In this document: positions 20,202 through 29,434 of the stretch, in pieces | Position numbering within the stretch: position 1 is the first letter of the stretch | Layout: each line of letters opens with the position of its first letter | NCBI GenBank assembly: GCA_963667015.2 | Contig: CAXXJJ010000001.1 | Location: forward strand, 1,504,001-1,568,000 | Source: Desulfatiglandales bacterium | Lineage (GTDB): Bacteria; Desulfobacterota; DSM-4660; Desulfatiglandales; HGW-15 | Reading direction: 5' to 3' | Length of the DNA: 64,000 bases | Notes under the pieces: generated by a model | Database searches by the model: none | What the model saw: only the letters and a program-made list of their open reading frames with translations | What the model was told of the DNA's origin: nothing | Made by a program: the position numbers and the translations under genes

Positions 20202-21611
20202 ATGAGCAAAGTACAGTCAATAAAAGTTGAAGATATTGTAATTGATAACAGTATCTATCCCAGAAGCAGCATAGATCACAAAAGGGTCTCCATGTTTGAG
20301 GAAAACATGAGGGATGGGTTTGAGTTTGATCCCATCCATCTTCAGGCCCACCCGGATGAACCGGGGAAGTATCGCATTCTGGATGGTGCTCACCGATTTA
20401 AAGCATTAAAAGGTATTGGGGATAAAGAGGTTAAGGCAGAAATCATTAATCTCAATGGAGAAGATCCACTGCTCTATGCTGCCTCAAAGGCAATAGGCCC
20501 GAGGCAGCTTAATGATGAAGAGGCAAGGGACACTGCAAGGAGAGCATTCCAGAACAATCCGAAATTAAGTTCAGAAAAGATAGGTAAAGATGTTGGGCGG
20601 TCAAGCAGGATGGTCAATATCTATATTGCTGATCTCAGAGCAGTTATCCAGTCAGATTTGGAACTCAATATTTTTCGACTGGACAGGCTTGGGATTCCAC
20701 AGGAAAGGATTTCAGAAAGGCTGGGCCAAACCAGAGACATCATAAGAACCTATTTGGGGAAACGGGAAATATTTCCTGAATCCCCAAATACCGATCTTAA
20801 AAAAGGTTTCACAGTAACCCAGGTAGCTGAAAAGCACGGCTGGCCTGAGTCTCTGGTATGGTCAATCAATCTGGAAGGAAAAGATGACCTCCCCAAATGC
20901 CAGAAGTTACAATGGGGAGTCCGAACCTGGGATGAATGGAAATGGAACGATTGCGATAAAAGATTCGGCGATGAATGGCCCGGAAGAATTCCTGCGCAGC
21001 TCATAGCACACATCCTCTATTACTTCTCAAAACCTAGCGACCTTGTGATTGATCCCATGGCCGGAGGTGGTGTAGTAGCCGACACATGCCTGGCATTCAA
21101 CCGGCGCTGCTGGAGCTTTGATATGGTAGATAGACCGGATGAAAGGCCGGAGATAGAGCCTTATTTCTGGGATATTAAAAATCTAAAATGGCCTATAACC
21201 GGTAAGACAAAACCGGACTTGATTATCTTCGATCCTCCATATTTCAGTAAAAAGGCAAAGGAATATGAAGAAGAGAGCATATCGAACCTCTCACGGGAAG
21301 AATACCTGGATTTTCTTGAAAGGTTTTTCAGGCTGGCACTTGAGAACAGTAAAAAAGGGACAAGGATTGTTATGATAAATGCCGACTGGAGAGATTTTCA
21401 GGGAACTCCGGCCCTTGAGGAGAATGAAGAAACAGCCATTCTGATAATTGATTACGGTATTTTAATGCGAAAAGCAGGATGGGCAGTTTCACATGTTATG
21501 CAGGCGCCAATGTCGTCCGAGAGGTTTCAGGCCGGTACTGTTTCAGCAATGCAAAATAAACGAATACTGGGCGTAACCGGCAGGAATGTCATCGTAGGAC
21601 GGAAGAAGTAA
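20202..21611 (+). CDS. ParB/Srx-like N-domain, HTH and N4/N6 DNA methyltransferase fusion
   Basis: ILDGAHRF (ParB); VIDPMAGGG (SAM binding); DPPY catalytic motif; ATG 20202 follows AAGGA. Confidence 0.85.
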   Translation: MSKVQSIKVEDIVIDNSIYPRSSIDHKRVSMFEENMRDGFEFDPIHLQAHPDEPGKYRILDGAHRFKALKGIGDKEVKAEIINLNGEDPLLYAASKAIGPRQLNDEEARDTARRAFQNNPKLSSEKIGKDVGRSSRMVNIYIADLRAVIQSDLELNIFRLDRLGIPQERISERLGQTRDIIRTYLGKREIFPESPNTDLKKGFTVTQVAEKHGWPESLVWSINLEGKDDLPKCQKLQWGVRTWDEWKWNDCDKRFGDEWPGRIPAQLIAHILYYFSKPSDLVIDPMAGGGVVADTCLAFNRRCWSFDMVDRPDERPEIEPYFWDIKNLKWPITGKTKPDLIIFDPPYFSKKAKEYEEESISNLSREEYLDFLERFFRLALENSKKGTRIVMINADWRDFQGTPALEENEETAILIIDYGILMRKAGWAVSHVMQAPMSSERFQAGTVSAMQNKRILGVTGRNVIVGRKK

Positions 21612-21760
21612 AAAACGGGCTGAAGACTGTTAGTCTGAAGGCTGTTAGGTTTTCCTGTTTTTACTTCAGCCTGCAGCCTAAACACCTACAGCCTATTTTA
21701 TTAACAGTCTTCAGCCTGAAGTGAAATATCACCTTGTTTCAACATAACAAATATGTTACC

Positions 21761-22096
21761 ATGTCCTGGAAAATAAAATATTATAACGAAAAACTGGAAA
21801 CGGATATTTTGAATTTACCTGATGGCCTTTTAGCCCGTTATTTGCGTTTAACAGACTTGATGATCGAATTTGGAGCAAACCTTGGTTTACCTCACACAAA
21901 ACCAATTGAAAAAGGTTTGTTTGAGCTGAGAGTTAAAAGTAAAGAAGGGATAGCAAGGGTCTTCTTTTGCACAAAAATTGGCAAGAAAATCATAATGCTC
22001 CATTCATTCATTAAAAAATCTCAAAAGACGCCAAAAAAAGAGATAAGAATTGCGAAAATAAGGATGAAGGAGGTTTTAGAACATGACACATTCTGA
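21761..22096 (+). CDS. RelE/ParE-family (Gp49-like) toxin
   Basis: GLFELRVKSKEGIARVFF...LHSFIKKSQKTP. Confidence 0.88.
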   Translation: MSWKIKYYNEKLETDILNLPDGLLARYLRLTDLMIEFGANLGLPHTKPIEKGLFELRVKSKEGIARVFFCTKIGKKIIMLHSFIKKSQKTPKKEIRIAKIRMKEVLEHDTF

Positions 22097-22373
22097 ATTG
22101 AAAGAAAAAGCATTAAAGAGAAAAAAAGTAAAAACTGAGTATGAGGCACTGGAACCGGAATTCAAGCTGTTACGGGAAATGCTCAAGGCAAGGCAAAAAG
22201 CCGGGCTCAGTCAGGCTGAAATTGCCGAACGAATGGGGACAAAGGCACCGGCCGTCACGAGGCTTGAATCTTCACTCAGTAGCGGAAAGCATTCTCCGTC
22301 GATTGCGACAATTAAAAAATATGCCGATGCACTGGATTGTCATCTGGAAATTAAGATTGTTTCAAATAGATAA
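22083..22373 (+). CDS. XRE-HTH antitoxin
   Basis: GLSQAEIAERMGT...PSIATIKKYA; overlaps toxin stop. Confidence 0.88.
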   Translation: MTHSELKEKALKRKKVKTEYEALEPEFKLLREMLKARQKAGLSQAEIAERMGTKAPAVTRLESSLSSGKHSPSIATIKKYADALDCHLEIKIVSNR

Positions 22374-22473
22374 TCTAAAACTGGAAACCAGGAACTGTTT
22401 TTCCTAACAGCCTTCAGGCTTCAGTCTAATATGCAGTTCTTCTACTCAGAGAATTAGTAAAGGAATTTTTATA

Positions 22474-22767
22474 ATGAAAAATGAAGATTTTGAAAAGCTG
22501 GCTGCCAGCATCAGGGAAGCAGGTGAAATAAAGGAAGGCAAAAAGAAACCTGGCCGCGTATACGAAGTTAACCCTCCTGAAATTAAAAGCATAAGAAGAA
22601 AGCTTAATGTCTCGCAAAATGAATTCGCCATGATGATTGGAGTCAGTGTAAGGACATTGCAGAATTGGGAACAGGGGAGAAGAGAACCTGATGGACCGGC
22701 AAAAGCATTGCTGCAGGTAGCATCAAAAAATCCAAAAGCTGTGCTTGATGCCTTGCATACATCGTAA
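22474..22767 (+). CDS. HigA/NadS-like HTH antitoxin (orphan)
   Basis: SQNEFAMMIGVSVRTLQNWEQGRREPDGPA. Confidence 0.88.
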   Translation: MKNEDFEKLAASIREAGEIKEGKKKPGRVYEVNPPEIKSIRRKLNVSQNEFAMMIGVSVRTLQNWEQGRREPDGPAKALLQVASKNPKAVLDALHTS

Positions 22768-22849
22768 AATGTGTTGCCTTCTAAGCACTTTATAAATTTG
22801 GCAACTTAAAAACCGAACAGCGTGTTTTCACAGAGCCCTCTTTAAGAAA

Positions 22850-22905
22850 ACTTATAAACTTATGGGCATCCCCCTTTACTTATAAACTTATGGGCATCCC
22901 CCTTT
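22850..22905. repeat. 28-bp perfect tandem duplication ending in GGGCATCCCCCTTT
   Basis: ACTTATAAACTTATGGGCATCCCCCTTT x2. Confidence 0.9.
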
Positions 22906-22906
22906 A

Positions 22907-23167
22907 ATGGCGGAAGCCTCTGAGGTTTTAGTTGATGTCTTCCTTTTTGAGGGTAATTATTATTCTTTGAGTAATGAAAAACTAGAGCAATACTCCATCT
23001 GCGATGGCAACTGGAATGAACATTACATTTGGGCACAGTCTGAAATAAATATAAATATCGAGGCCACTATCGAAGTGAATTTTGAAGAAAAAGATAGCAT
23101 CGGAGGACTTGATTTGCTTTCCTCTCGCGTTGATTCTATTGACGATATTTCGCAGCAAGAGATTTGA
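22907..23167 (+). pseudogene. Acidic C-terminal gene fragment
   Basis: Starts immediately after the tandem repeat with no RBS; identity uncertain. Confidence 0.4.
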
Positions 23168-23305
23168 GTGCGAATCGGGGCGCGAAAAACGTTCATAAAA
23201 AACTAAATGGATCTGGAAAACAGCATTTTCCGAAAAGAAAGTTCTCTTGATAATTCCAGAAATTTAATGATACTAAGTTAGAAAATCTCGTTGGAGGAAA
23301 TATTT

Positions 23306-25264
23306 ATGGAGCAAAAATCTGATGTTGAGTATCGAGCAGAGAAACTCTACAAGAGCTCCAGAGAAAAATTTGGATATTTAATAAGAGAAGTTGTCTCAAA
23401 TGCCATACATGCGACAGTTATTAGGGCCAATCAGGAAAATAATCCACATTACACACCTACGATCGATGTAGTAATTGACTTTAGAGAAAACAATTGTGAA
23501 ATTGTAGTTACAGACAATGGAGAAGGTTTTACGAACCTTAATAGAAAATATTTCACACACTTGGATACAAAAAATCCTCAGAAAGAGGAATTAAACTTCC
23601 ACCCGATGGGACAGGGCCGTTTAGCTATTGTCTTTTTCTCGGATAAAGCCTCATATGAATCCGTTTACAAAAATAAAGATGGTGAGTATAGGAAAAAACT
23701 TTTTAACTACCCTGAGACATCATTACCTTTATTCGATATTGAACAATCTGAAGGAACTAGGACAGATAAAGTCGATTCTGAAACTATACTGACATTAAAG
23801 CTTAATAAACAACAGACCTATAAAAGAGCCAACACTTTTTTTTCAAAATATCAGGATATCGAGAGAGTTAAAAATTGGTTTATCGAAAATTTTTTTCCAT
23901 TCTTTATGGAAAACGAAAAACTTCAACTTTCAATCAACTTTAACGGCCACAAGGCTAGTATAAATCAGAACTATATAGAAAAGAATGTCTCGAGCGTTCC
24001 TTTTAAAGTCAGTTTCGAACGTGAAACGAATGCTTCATATGAGTTTAAACTTTGGCTGGTGAAAAAAGAAGATAAACCAAAGTCAATAAATCAAATAACC
24101 TGTTTTGCGAGGCACCTTCAAGCAGAAATTGAGGAAGCAAAAATAGAATATGAGATTGATCTGCCAATTGCATATGACTGGTTTCTCACCGCAGAATACT
24201 TTGATGATAATGTTGATCAGAAGGGTGATAAAATCGTTATTCCAAGGGACCACGTTGATAAAATTAAGCTCAGTTTAGCTGCTGCACTTAATGAACATTT
24301 TGCTTCGGAGATTAAAAAAAACAGAGCCGAAACTCGGAAAAGTATTGAGATTGTAAAAGAGAAATATCTATCCCTCTCAGCTTTTTTAGATGAAGAAAAT
24401 GCAGCCTCAGCAAACAAAATCCTTAATGAGACTGATTTAGTTAGCACTGCAATCGATAATAAAGGCAAAGCTGAGAGAAGTTATTGGGTAACTCAAGAAT
24501 CAGACACTGAAGAGATTGGAAAATTGCTGAACTCAAGTCTTTATATCTATGTTGACCATAGAAAAAGGATTTTGAAGAAGTTTGAGGAACTAATCCAGAA
24601 ATTCGATGATGCAGGAATAGTGAAGAAAGAACTTGAAGATGATATCCATGATATGTTTATGAAGCGTGGTGAATCTTTTAGTACTTCAAAAAACAAAAAT
24701 CACCTTCATAATCTTTGGATTATCGATGATAAATATACAATCTTCTCTGAGACATTTAGATCTCACAGTACAAGGAAAGGTCAAGAAGCTTCTGATATAT
24801 ATTTATGGTCAGATGATCCAAACCGCCCAAGAGAGATATTGATTTTAGAGCTGAAATCGACGTCTAGTGCTCACAATGCAGGTGATAAGTATGAAAGTAT
24901 GGTGGCCCAGGTCAAACGATATGCAACGCAGTTTTATAAACAGCCAGAAAAAGTTCTTAACTGGCATGTTGATACTGATAAAATTCTTTATTTTGGTGTT
25001 ATCTTAGCGCGAAAGAGCGACATAAATAGGGAGCTAAATTCTAACAATGTCGGAGGGACACCACATAAGATTCCATTCCTAGACGCTTCATATTTTTTTA
25101 ATGACAATTTTTCCACAGTATCAAATAGTGGTGAGGCACCTAAATACAAGGAAATAAGAATAGAAATGTATGCGTATGAAGACTTGCACCAACTAGCTAC
25201 AAGTCGAAACGATGTTTTCTTTAAACTATTAAAAGGTGAATTTAGTTTGGTCGATGAAAAATAA
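23306..25264 (+). CDS. GHKL (HATPase) protein with C-terminal PD-(D/E)XK-like nuclease region, probable defence protein
   Basis: EVVSNAIHA, DNGEGF, GQGR; C-terminal SDIYL...ILELK...QVKRYA. Confidence 0.72.
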   Translation: MEQKSDVEYRAEKLYKSSREKFGYLIREVVSNAIHATVIRANQENNPHYTPTIDVVIDFRENNCEIVVTDNGEGFTNLNRKYFTHLDTKNPQKEELNFHPMGQGRLAIVFFSDKASYESVYKNKDGEYRKKLFNYPETSLPLFDIEQSEGTRTDKVDSETILTLKLNKQQTYKRANTFFSKYQDIERVKNWFIENFFPFFMENEKLQLSINFNGHKASINQNYIEKNVSSVPFKVSFERETNASYEFKLWLVKKEDKPKSINQITCFARHLQAEIEEAKIEYEIDLPIAYDWFLTAEYFDDNVDQKGDKIVIPRDHVDKIKLSLAAALNEHFASEIKKNRAETRKSIEIVKEKYLSLSAFLDEENAASANKILNETDLVSTAIDNKGKAERSYWVTQESDTEEIGKLLNSSLYIYVDHRKRILKKFEELIQKFDDAGIVKKELEDDIHDMFMKRGESFSTSKNKNHLHNLWIIDDKYTIFSETFRSHSTRKGQEASDIYLWSDDPNRPREILILELKSTSSAHNAGDKYESMVAQVKRYATQFYKQPEKVLNWHVDTDKILYFGVILARKSDINRELNSNNVGGTPHKIPFLDASYFFNDNFSTVSNSGEAPKYKEIRIEMYAYEDLHQLATSRNDVFFKLLKGEFSLVDEK

Positions 25265-25589
25265 ATTTTATTAATAGCCTGTCATAAGGATGCTACAAAA
25301 CTGGGGCATGTTCACAAAAATGTAAGTAATCCTTAAAACATCATTGGCCTTTTATTGATATTCGTAATCTCATTATTTTCCATTTCAAAAATAAGTGCAA
25401 GGGTGCGTAAGCCTGAACCCATTTAAAAATATTGTAAGAGCTTGGATGTAACGAGTCGTATTGAACTCAGTGTGAGTATCTTGTTTGGATTGGAAGTGAA
25501 CATTTATACTTTTGTTAAATCAATGGTGGAGGTGTTTATGGATAATTCAATCGTTTTTATTTCATGCGTTTGGTGCGGAGTGGCGTTTC

Positions 25590-25698
25590 TGCGAGGCCTT
25601 GGTGGAACACTACCAATCCAAATGAGAGATTAGCGTTGACGATTCATTATTACTTGGTCCAGGAGAAACGTAGAGTGGTTCGATTCCACTCCCTCGCA
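25590..25698 (+). ncRNA. Putative tRNA-like structured RNA
   Basis: TGCGAGG/CCTCGCA closing stem, GAGTGG-TTCGATT-CCACTC T-arm, TTGGTGG-AACA-CTACCAA hairpin; no canonical anticodon arm. Confidence 0.55.
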
Positions 25699-25720
25699 TC
25701 ATCTACTTACATAACTCAAT

Positions 25721-26566
25721 ATGGTAAAGAAAGATCATACAGCAATATATATACATTGTGATGGTTCAATGTTGCCAGATGCTATGTCTAGTGGTGGAAC
25801 AGGTTATGTAATTAAATTCCCGGATGATTTTGAATTAGAGGATATATCTGATTTTCATGGAGTATATCAGGATGCCAATATCGAGAGAATAGAAATTCAA
25901 GGTATTATTGAAGGGATGAAAGGTCTTATTTATTGGCTCAAACATAACACGCTCAACTTCTCAAGAGTTTCTAAGATAATTATAATAACTGATAGATATA
26001 GTTTGCGAGATGATGACAGAACAAGTCCTTTTAAAATACGAGAATGGAGAAAAAATGGGGGTAAGAATTTTGAAGGTAAAGAAGTAAAAAATTGGGACCT
26101 GTTAAATAATTTAGACAAAATCAGGAATAAATTAAGAAACCTGACTTGGAAAACAGTAAGGATTGAATATCGACGGAGAAAAGAAAATAAGGAAGCTGAT
26201 AAGCTTTCTAAAAGAGGGCGAAAAGAAGGAATACCCATAAGAGACATTGCAATTGAAGGCCATAAAATTGGTCGAAGGTTGTTTGAAGGTGAGGAAGTAA
26301 AATATAGTTCCTTTTCACCAAAAGATACAATTATTATTCATGTTTTTCGTAAGAGGCCAATCAAACAACAATGGGAAATAAATGCAGAAATTTGTTCTGA
26401 TAAGATGAAGGGACAAAAGTTAATAATAATTTCAGACAATTCGTTACAGGAAAAACTACAGAGAGGAAATATTTTTCAAATCAGAATTAAAAAAGTATAT
26501 TTGCACCATTTAGAAATATATAGAACAATAAAAAAAATGAAGAAGGAACAATTTAAGAATACATAA
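25721..26566 (+). CDS. RNase H (HI)-like protein with basic C-terminal extension
   Basis: IHCDGS, ERIEIQG, IITDRY, VKNWDL, NKEADKLS: D-E-D-D set in RNase HI spacing. Confidence 0.75.
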   Translation: MVKKDHTAIYIHCDGSMLPDAMSSGGTGYVIKFPDDFELEDISDFHGVYQDANIERIEIQGIIEGMKGLIYWLKHNTLNFSRVSKIIIITDRYSLRDDDRTSPFKIREWRKNGGKNFEGKEVKNWDLLNNLDKIRNKLRNLTWKTVRIEYRRRKENKEADKLSKRGRKEGIPIRDIAIEGHKIGRRLFEGEEVKYSSFSPKDTIIIHVFRKRPIKQQWEINAEICSDKMKGQKLIIISDNSLQEKLQRGNIFQIRIKKVYLHHLEIYRTIKKMKKEQFKNT

Positions 26567-26588
26567 TTTGTGTTCAGGAGAAAATATA

Positions 26589-26804
26589 ATGTACACCGGA
26601 TACTGGATTCAAGACAAATTCATCTGGGGGCCTCGCGAATCTGGAAAATATTGGATTGAAAACAACTGGATCTGGGGGCCAAAAAATGGTGGAAAGTATT
26701 GGATTGATAACAACTACATTTGGGGACCGAAGGAAAACGGTAAATTTTGGATCGCTGAAGGCCATATTTACGGACCTCACGTAAATCTCCCGTGGCTTGA
26801 TTAA
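26589..26804 (+). CDS. Small Trp-rich four-fold repeat protein
   Basis: 4x ~16-aa G(K)YWIxxxxIWGP; AGGAG RBS. Confidence 0.75.
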   Translation: MYTGYWIQDKFIWGPRESGKYWIENNWIWGPKNGGKYWIDNNYIWGPKENGKFWIAEGHIYGPHVNLPWLD

Positions 26805-26817
26805 CAATGACTGTAGG

Positions 26818-26896
26818 CGTCCATAAAAAACTAAATAGCTCTAAAAACTTTTTATTTATATTAGTTATCTCAACTTTCATTATTTTAAAGACTATG
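26818..26896 (+). repeat. Cassette-head repeat (related copies at 23190, 25309 and 29447)
   Basis: CGTYCATAAAAAA start and TATTTATATTMGTWATCTCAACTTTCATT...AAAGACTATG core. Confidence 0.7.
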
Positions 26897-26932
26897 ACTG
26901 TCTGTAGATAAAAAAGAATAAAGGAGGATACA

Positions 26933-27139
26933 ATGAAAGAAATCTATTATTATTCAAAAAATGAAATAGACACATATGCATTTTTTTATGACAAAGAAAA
27001 TAATATAGCTTGGGCTGTACATATGCCTAGATTAGTTCCCGGAACATCTGGATTTGGAAGAGAAGTGAGTAGTTTAGAGGGAATAAAAAATGAAGAAGAG
27101 GCAAAACAAAAATTAAAGGAAATGGTTGACAAATTATAG
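26933..27139 (+). CDS. Hypothetical protein
   Basis: 68 aa, AGGAGG RBS. Confidence 0.65.
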   Translation: MKEIYYYSKNEIDTYAFFYDKENNIAWAVHMPRLVPGTSGFGREVSSLEGIKNEEEAKQKLKEMVDKL

Positions 27140-27192
27140 GAAGGTTGGAATTCATAAAAAACAAATAGTTCAATGTAAATGGTTAATAATAA

Positions 27193-28098
27193 ATGACAAG
27201 TAGACATTATAGTAGCAAATTACCATCAATTTTATATCACTATACGGACCTTAATGGATTGATGGGTATCATAGAAAGTAAATGTCTTTGGGCGACGGAT
27301 ATTTATTATCTAAATGATTTCACAGAAATGGCTTATGCGTTTGACTTTATCTCTGGAAGGATAAAATATTTAATGGATTCTTTTCCCAGGGAAGACCGGT
27401 CTCAAATGGGGCTACGAATACGTTTACCTGATGGGGTACGGACTGAATATGAGTTCTTTGAGGATTTGGAAAAAGTTATTTCCGGTATAAAAAAATCACC
27501 TGACGATTATACATCATTTGTTTGTTCATTCTCTAAAAATGGCGATAGGCTTAGTCAATGGCGAGGGTATAGTAAAGGTGAAGGAGGGTATTGTATAGCA
27601 TTTGATAGAAAAAAACTGGTAGAGTTAGGTAAGGGTAAATTCACAATTTGTGAATGCCTTTACAGACCCGATAAAAACCAAAAGAAATTAGTCGACGAAA
27701 TTGTTACTAAAGAGATCCAAAAGAGCTTCGAAAAGTCATCTAAAAAGAATGGCGACGATAGTGTGCTTGTTGAGGCAATGATTAAATTTTATTTCATTGC
27801 TCCGCGATTAAAAGATCCTGCCTTTCATGAAGAAGGAGAATGGAGATTTTTTCAACATTCCTCAAAAGCATTTAGATTTAATATGGATAATATTAAATAT
27901 AGAAAAGGTGCAAATGCATTAATACCTTTTACCGAGTTTGAGTTAGCTAAAGAGATAAAAAAATTGCCAATAAAAAGTATAACTGTAGGGCCAATGCCAC
28001 ATCAGAAGTTAGCTAAAAGGTCTCTTGAAAGATATCTAGACAATGAGGGTCTCAATTGTGATATAAAGCTTTCACCAATACCGTATCGAATTTTGTGA
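27193..28098 (+). CDS. DUF2971 domain protein
   Basis: LYHYT, YLNDFTE, FVCSFS...LSQWRGY, KDPAFHEEGEWR, ITVGP. Confidence 0.85.
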   Translation: MTSRHYSSKLPSILYHYTDLNGLMGIIESKCLWATDIYYLNDFTEMAYAFDFISGRIKYLMDSFPREDRSQMGLRIRLPDGVRTEYEFFEDLEKVISGIKKSPDDYTSFVCSFSKNGDRLSQWRGYSKGEGGYCIAFDRKKLVELGKGKFTICECLYRPDKNQKKLVDEIVTKEIQKSFEKSSKKNGDDSVLVEAMIKFYFIAPRLKDPAFHEEGEWRFFQHSSKAFRFNMDNIKYRKGANALIPFTEFELAKEIKKLPIKSITVGPMPHQKLAKRSLERYLDNEGLNCDIKLSPIPYRIL

Positions 28099-28103
28099 AA
28101 ACC

Positions 28104-28166
28104 ATAGGGGTCTTCACTTTTCACAGTTGTCGATAAGGATGTAAAAAGTGAAGACCTGACACCTAT
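28104..28166. repeat. REP-like palindrome
   Basis: GGTCTTCACTTTT...AAAAGTGAAGACC with GGGGTC / TGACACC ends. Confidence 0.65.
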
Positions 28167-28203
28167 TTTTTGTAACGTTTTTAAAAAGGGTATATGGATA
28201 GAA

Positions 28204-29097
28204 ATGACAACTAAGTTCCTAATAATCGATGATGATCCTTTTATCTGTGATCTACTAAGTTCTTTTTTTAAAATTACATATGATGATGCCAGAGTAGAAT
28301 CGGCTGGAACTAATAAAAAAGCGTTCCATATAATGGAAAACTATATCCCTGATCTTATTACTACAGATTTAATGAGACCTGGTGGAGATCCGCTTGATTT
28401 CATATTACAGATTAGAAAAGATCCAAAGTTATGGCACATACCTGTAATAGGAATATCTGGAGCGATAAAATCTGATGCCATGGAACTAAAATTATATCGT
28501 AATGGTTTTAATGGTGTTATTAGGAAACCTTTTGGCATAAAGGTTTTGGTTGAAGCTTTGAATAAAGTAAATCGTGCGCGTCCAAAAGCTGACCCTGATA
28601 GTATTATGATTCATGCTGGATTTGAAAGCCAATCACTTGACTATAAAGAATCCATAGACATAAAAACTAAAAAAGGAAAAGCATCTATAGCAAAGGATGT
28701 TATCGCATTTGCTAATTACGGTGGAGGGACAATAATAGTTGGAGTAAAAGAAGATCCTCCTGGTTTTTTTACTGCAAATGGAGTTGAACCATCTATTATT
28801 GGTGATTTTGAAACAACGCATCTCAATCAAGCTGTTAATTCATATTTAGATCCTCCTATAAATGTTAAAGTAAGAAAAGTTGAAAATGAAGGTAAAATAT
28901 TTATTTTTGTTGAAATACCTCCTGCAGAAAATACATTCATTCTGGCTGCAAAAAAAAATGAGGCTGCAAGCTTATTCACCGGTCGTATATATACTCGAAC
29001 AACGAATGTCACAAGTGAAGAGATTCAGACGTCTGAAGAAATGCGTACTTTGTTTAATCGTTTTGTGAAAACAACGGGGACAACCCTTGACATGTGA
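28204..29097 (+). CDS. Receiver domain fused to Schlafen/AlbA_2 domain
   Basis: FLIIDDD...PDLITTDLMRP (REC) then ESQSLDYKE...KDVIAFANYGGGTIIVGVKE. Confidence 0.82.
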   Translation: MTTKFLIIDDDPFICDLLSSFFKITYDDARVESAGTNKKAFHIMENYIPDLITTDLMRPGGDPLDFILQIRKDPKLWHIPVIGISGAIKSDAMELKLYRNGFNGVIRKPFGIKVLVEALNKVNRARPKADPDSIMIHAGFESQSLDYKESIDIKTKKGKASIAKDVIAFANYGGGTIIVGVKEDPPGFFTANGVEPSIIGDFETTHLNQAVNSYLDPPINVKVRKVENEGKIFIFVEIPPAENTFILAAKKNEAASLFTGRIYTRTTNVTSEEIQTSEEMRTLFNRFVKTTGTTLDM

Positions 29098-29249
29098 GAA
29101 GCGCCGATTAAAACCGGCAGGTAACAGAGGATGAATGAAAATATAGGGATTAGATCTGCCTTTGACTATTGGCAAGTTTTTTAAAGGTGGAGTCGGCAAA
29201 GCTATGGAAGGCTAGAAAAGAAGTTGAATAAAGGTGTAAAGGGGTCAAG

Positions 29250-29434
29250 TCTCCTAATAGCTCATGGGCTTATAAGTAATGAATAGGGGTAAAAAATAGT
29301 TGTAAATTGAAAAAATATCGAAGATAGAAATAAGTAGAAATGAGCAAAATACATTAATGAGCTAAACGGAGATTTTCCCCCTTTACATAATGGAGTGACC
29401 AAATGGCAAAGTACAATACAATTGACGAATACAT
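29250..29434 (+). mobile_element. 123-bp MITE copy 2 plus 62 bp of duplicated DUF1801 5' end
   Basis: 185-bp direct repeat with 34223-34407. Confidence 0.85.

Larger units (their letters stand above)
15391..22428. repeat. Dispersed clusters of ~7-bp microrepeats (CAGCCTW/CAGTCTW/AACAGCC) in intergenic spaces
   Basis: Clusters at ~15391, 17891, 19285, 19904, 20147, 21618 and 22403. Confidence 0.8.

Noticed and set aside
25590..25698. Canonical tRNA or tRNA-Sec gene
   Set aside because: No 7-nt anticodon loop on a 5-6 bp stem at the expected place, length ~109 nt and no CCA; kept only as tRNA-like
25442..26566. Retron or DRT system
   Set aside because: No reverse transcriptase motifs anywhere in the window
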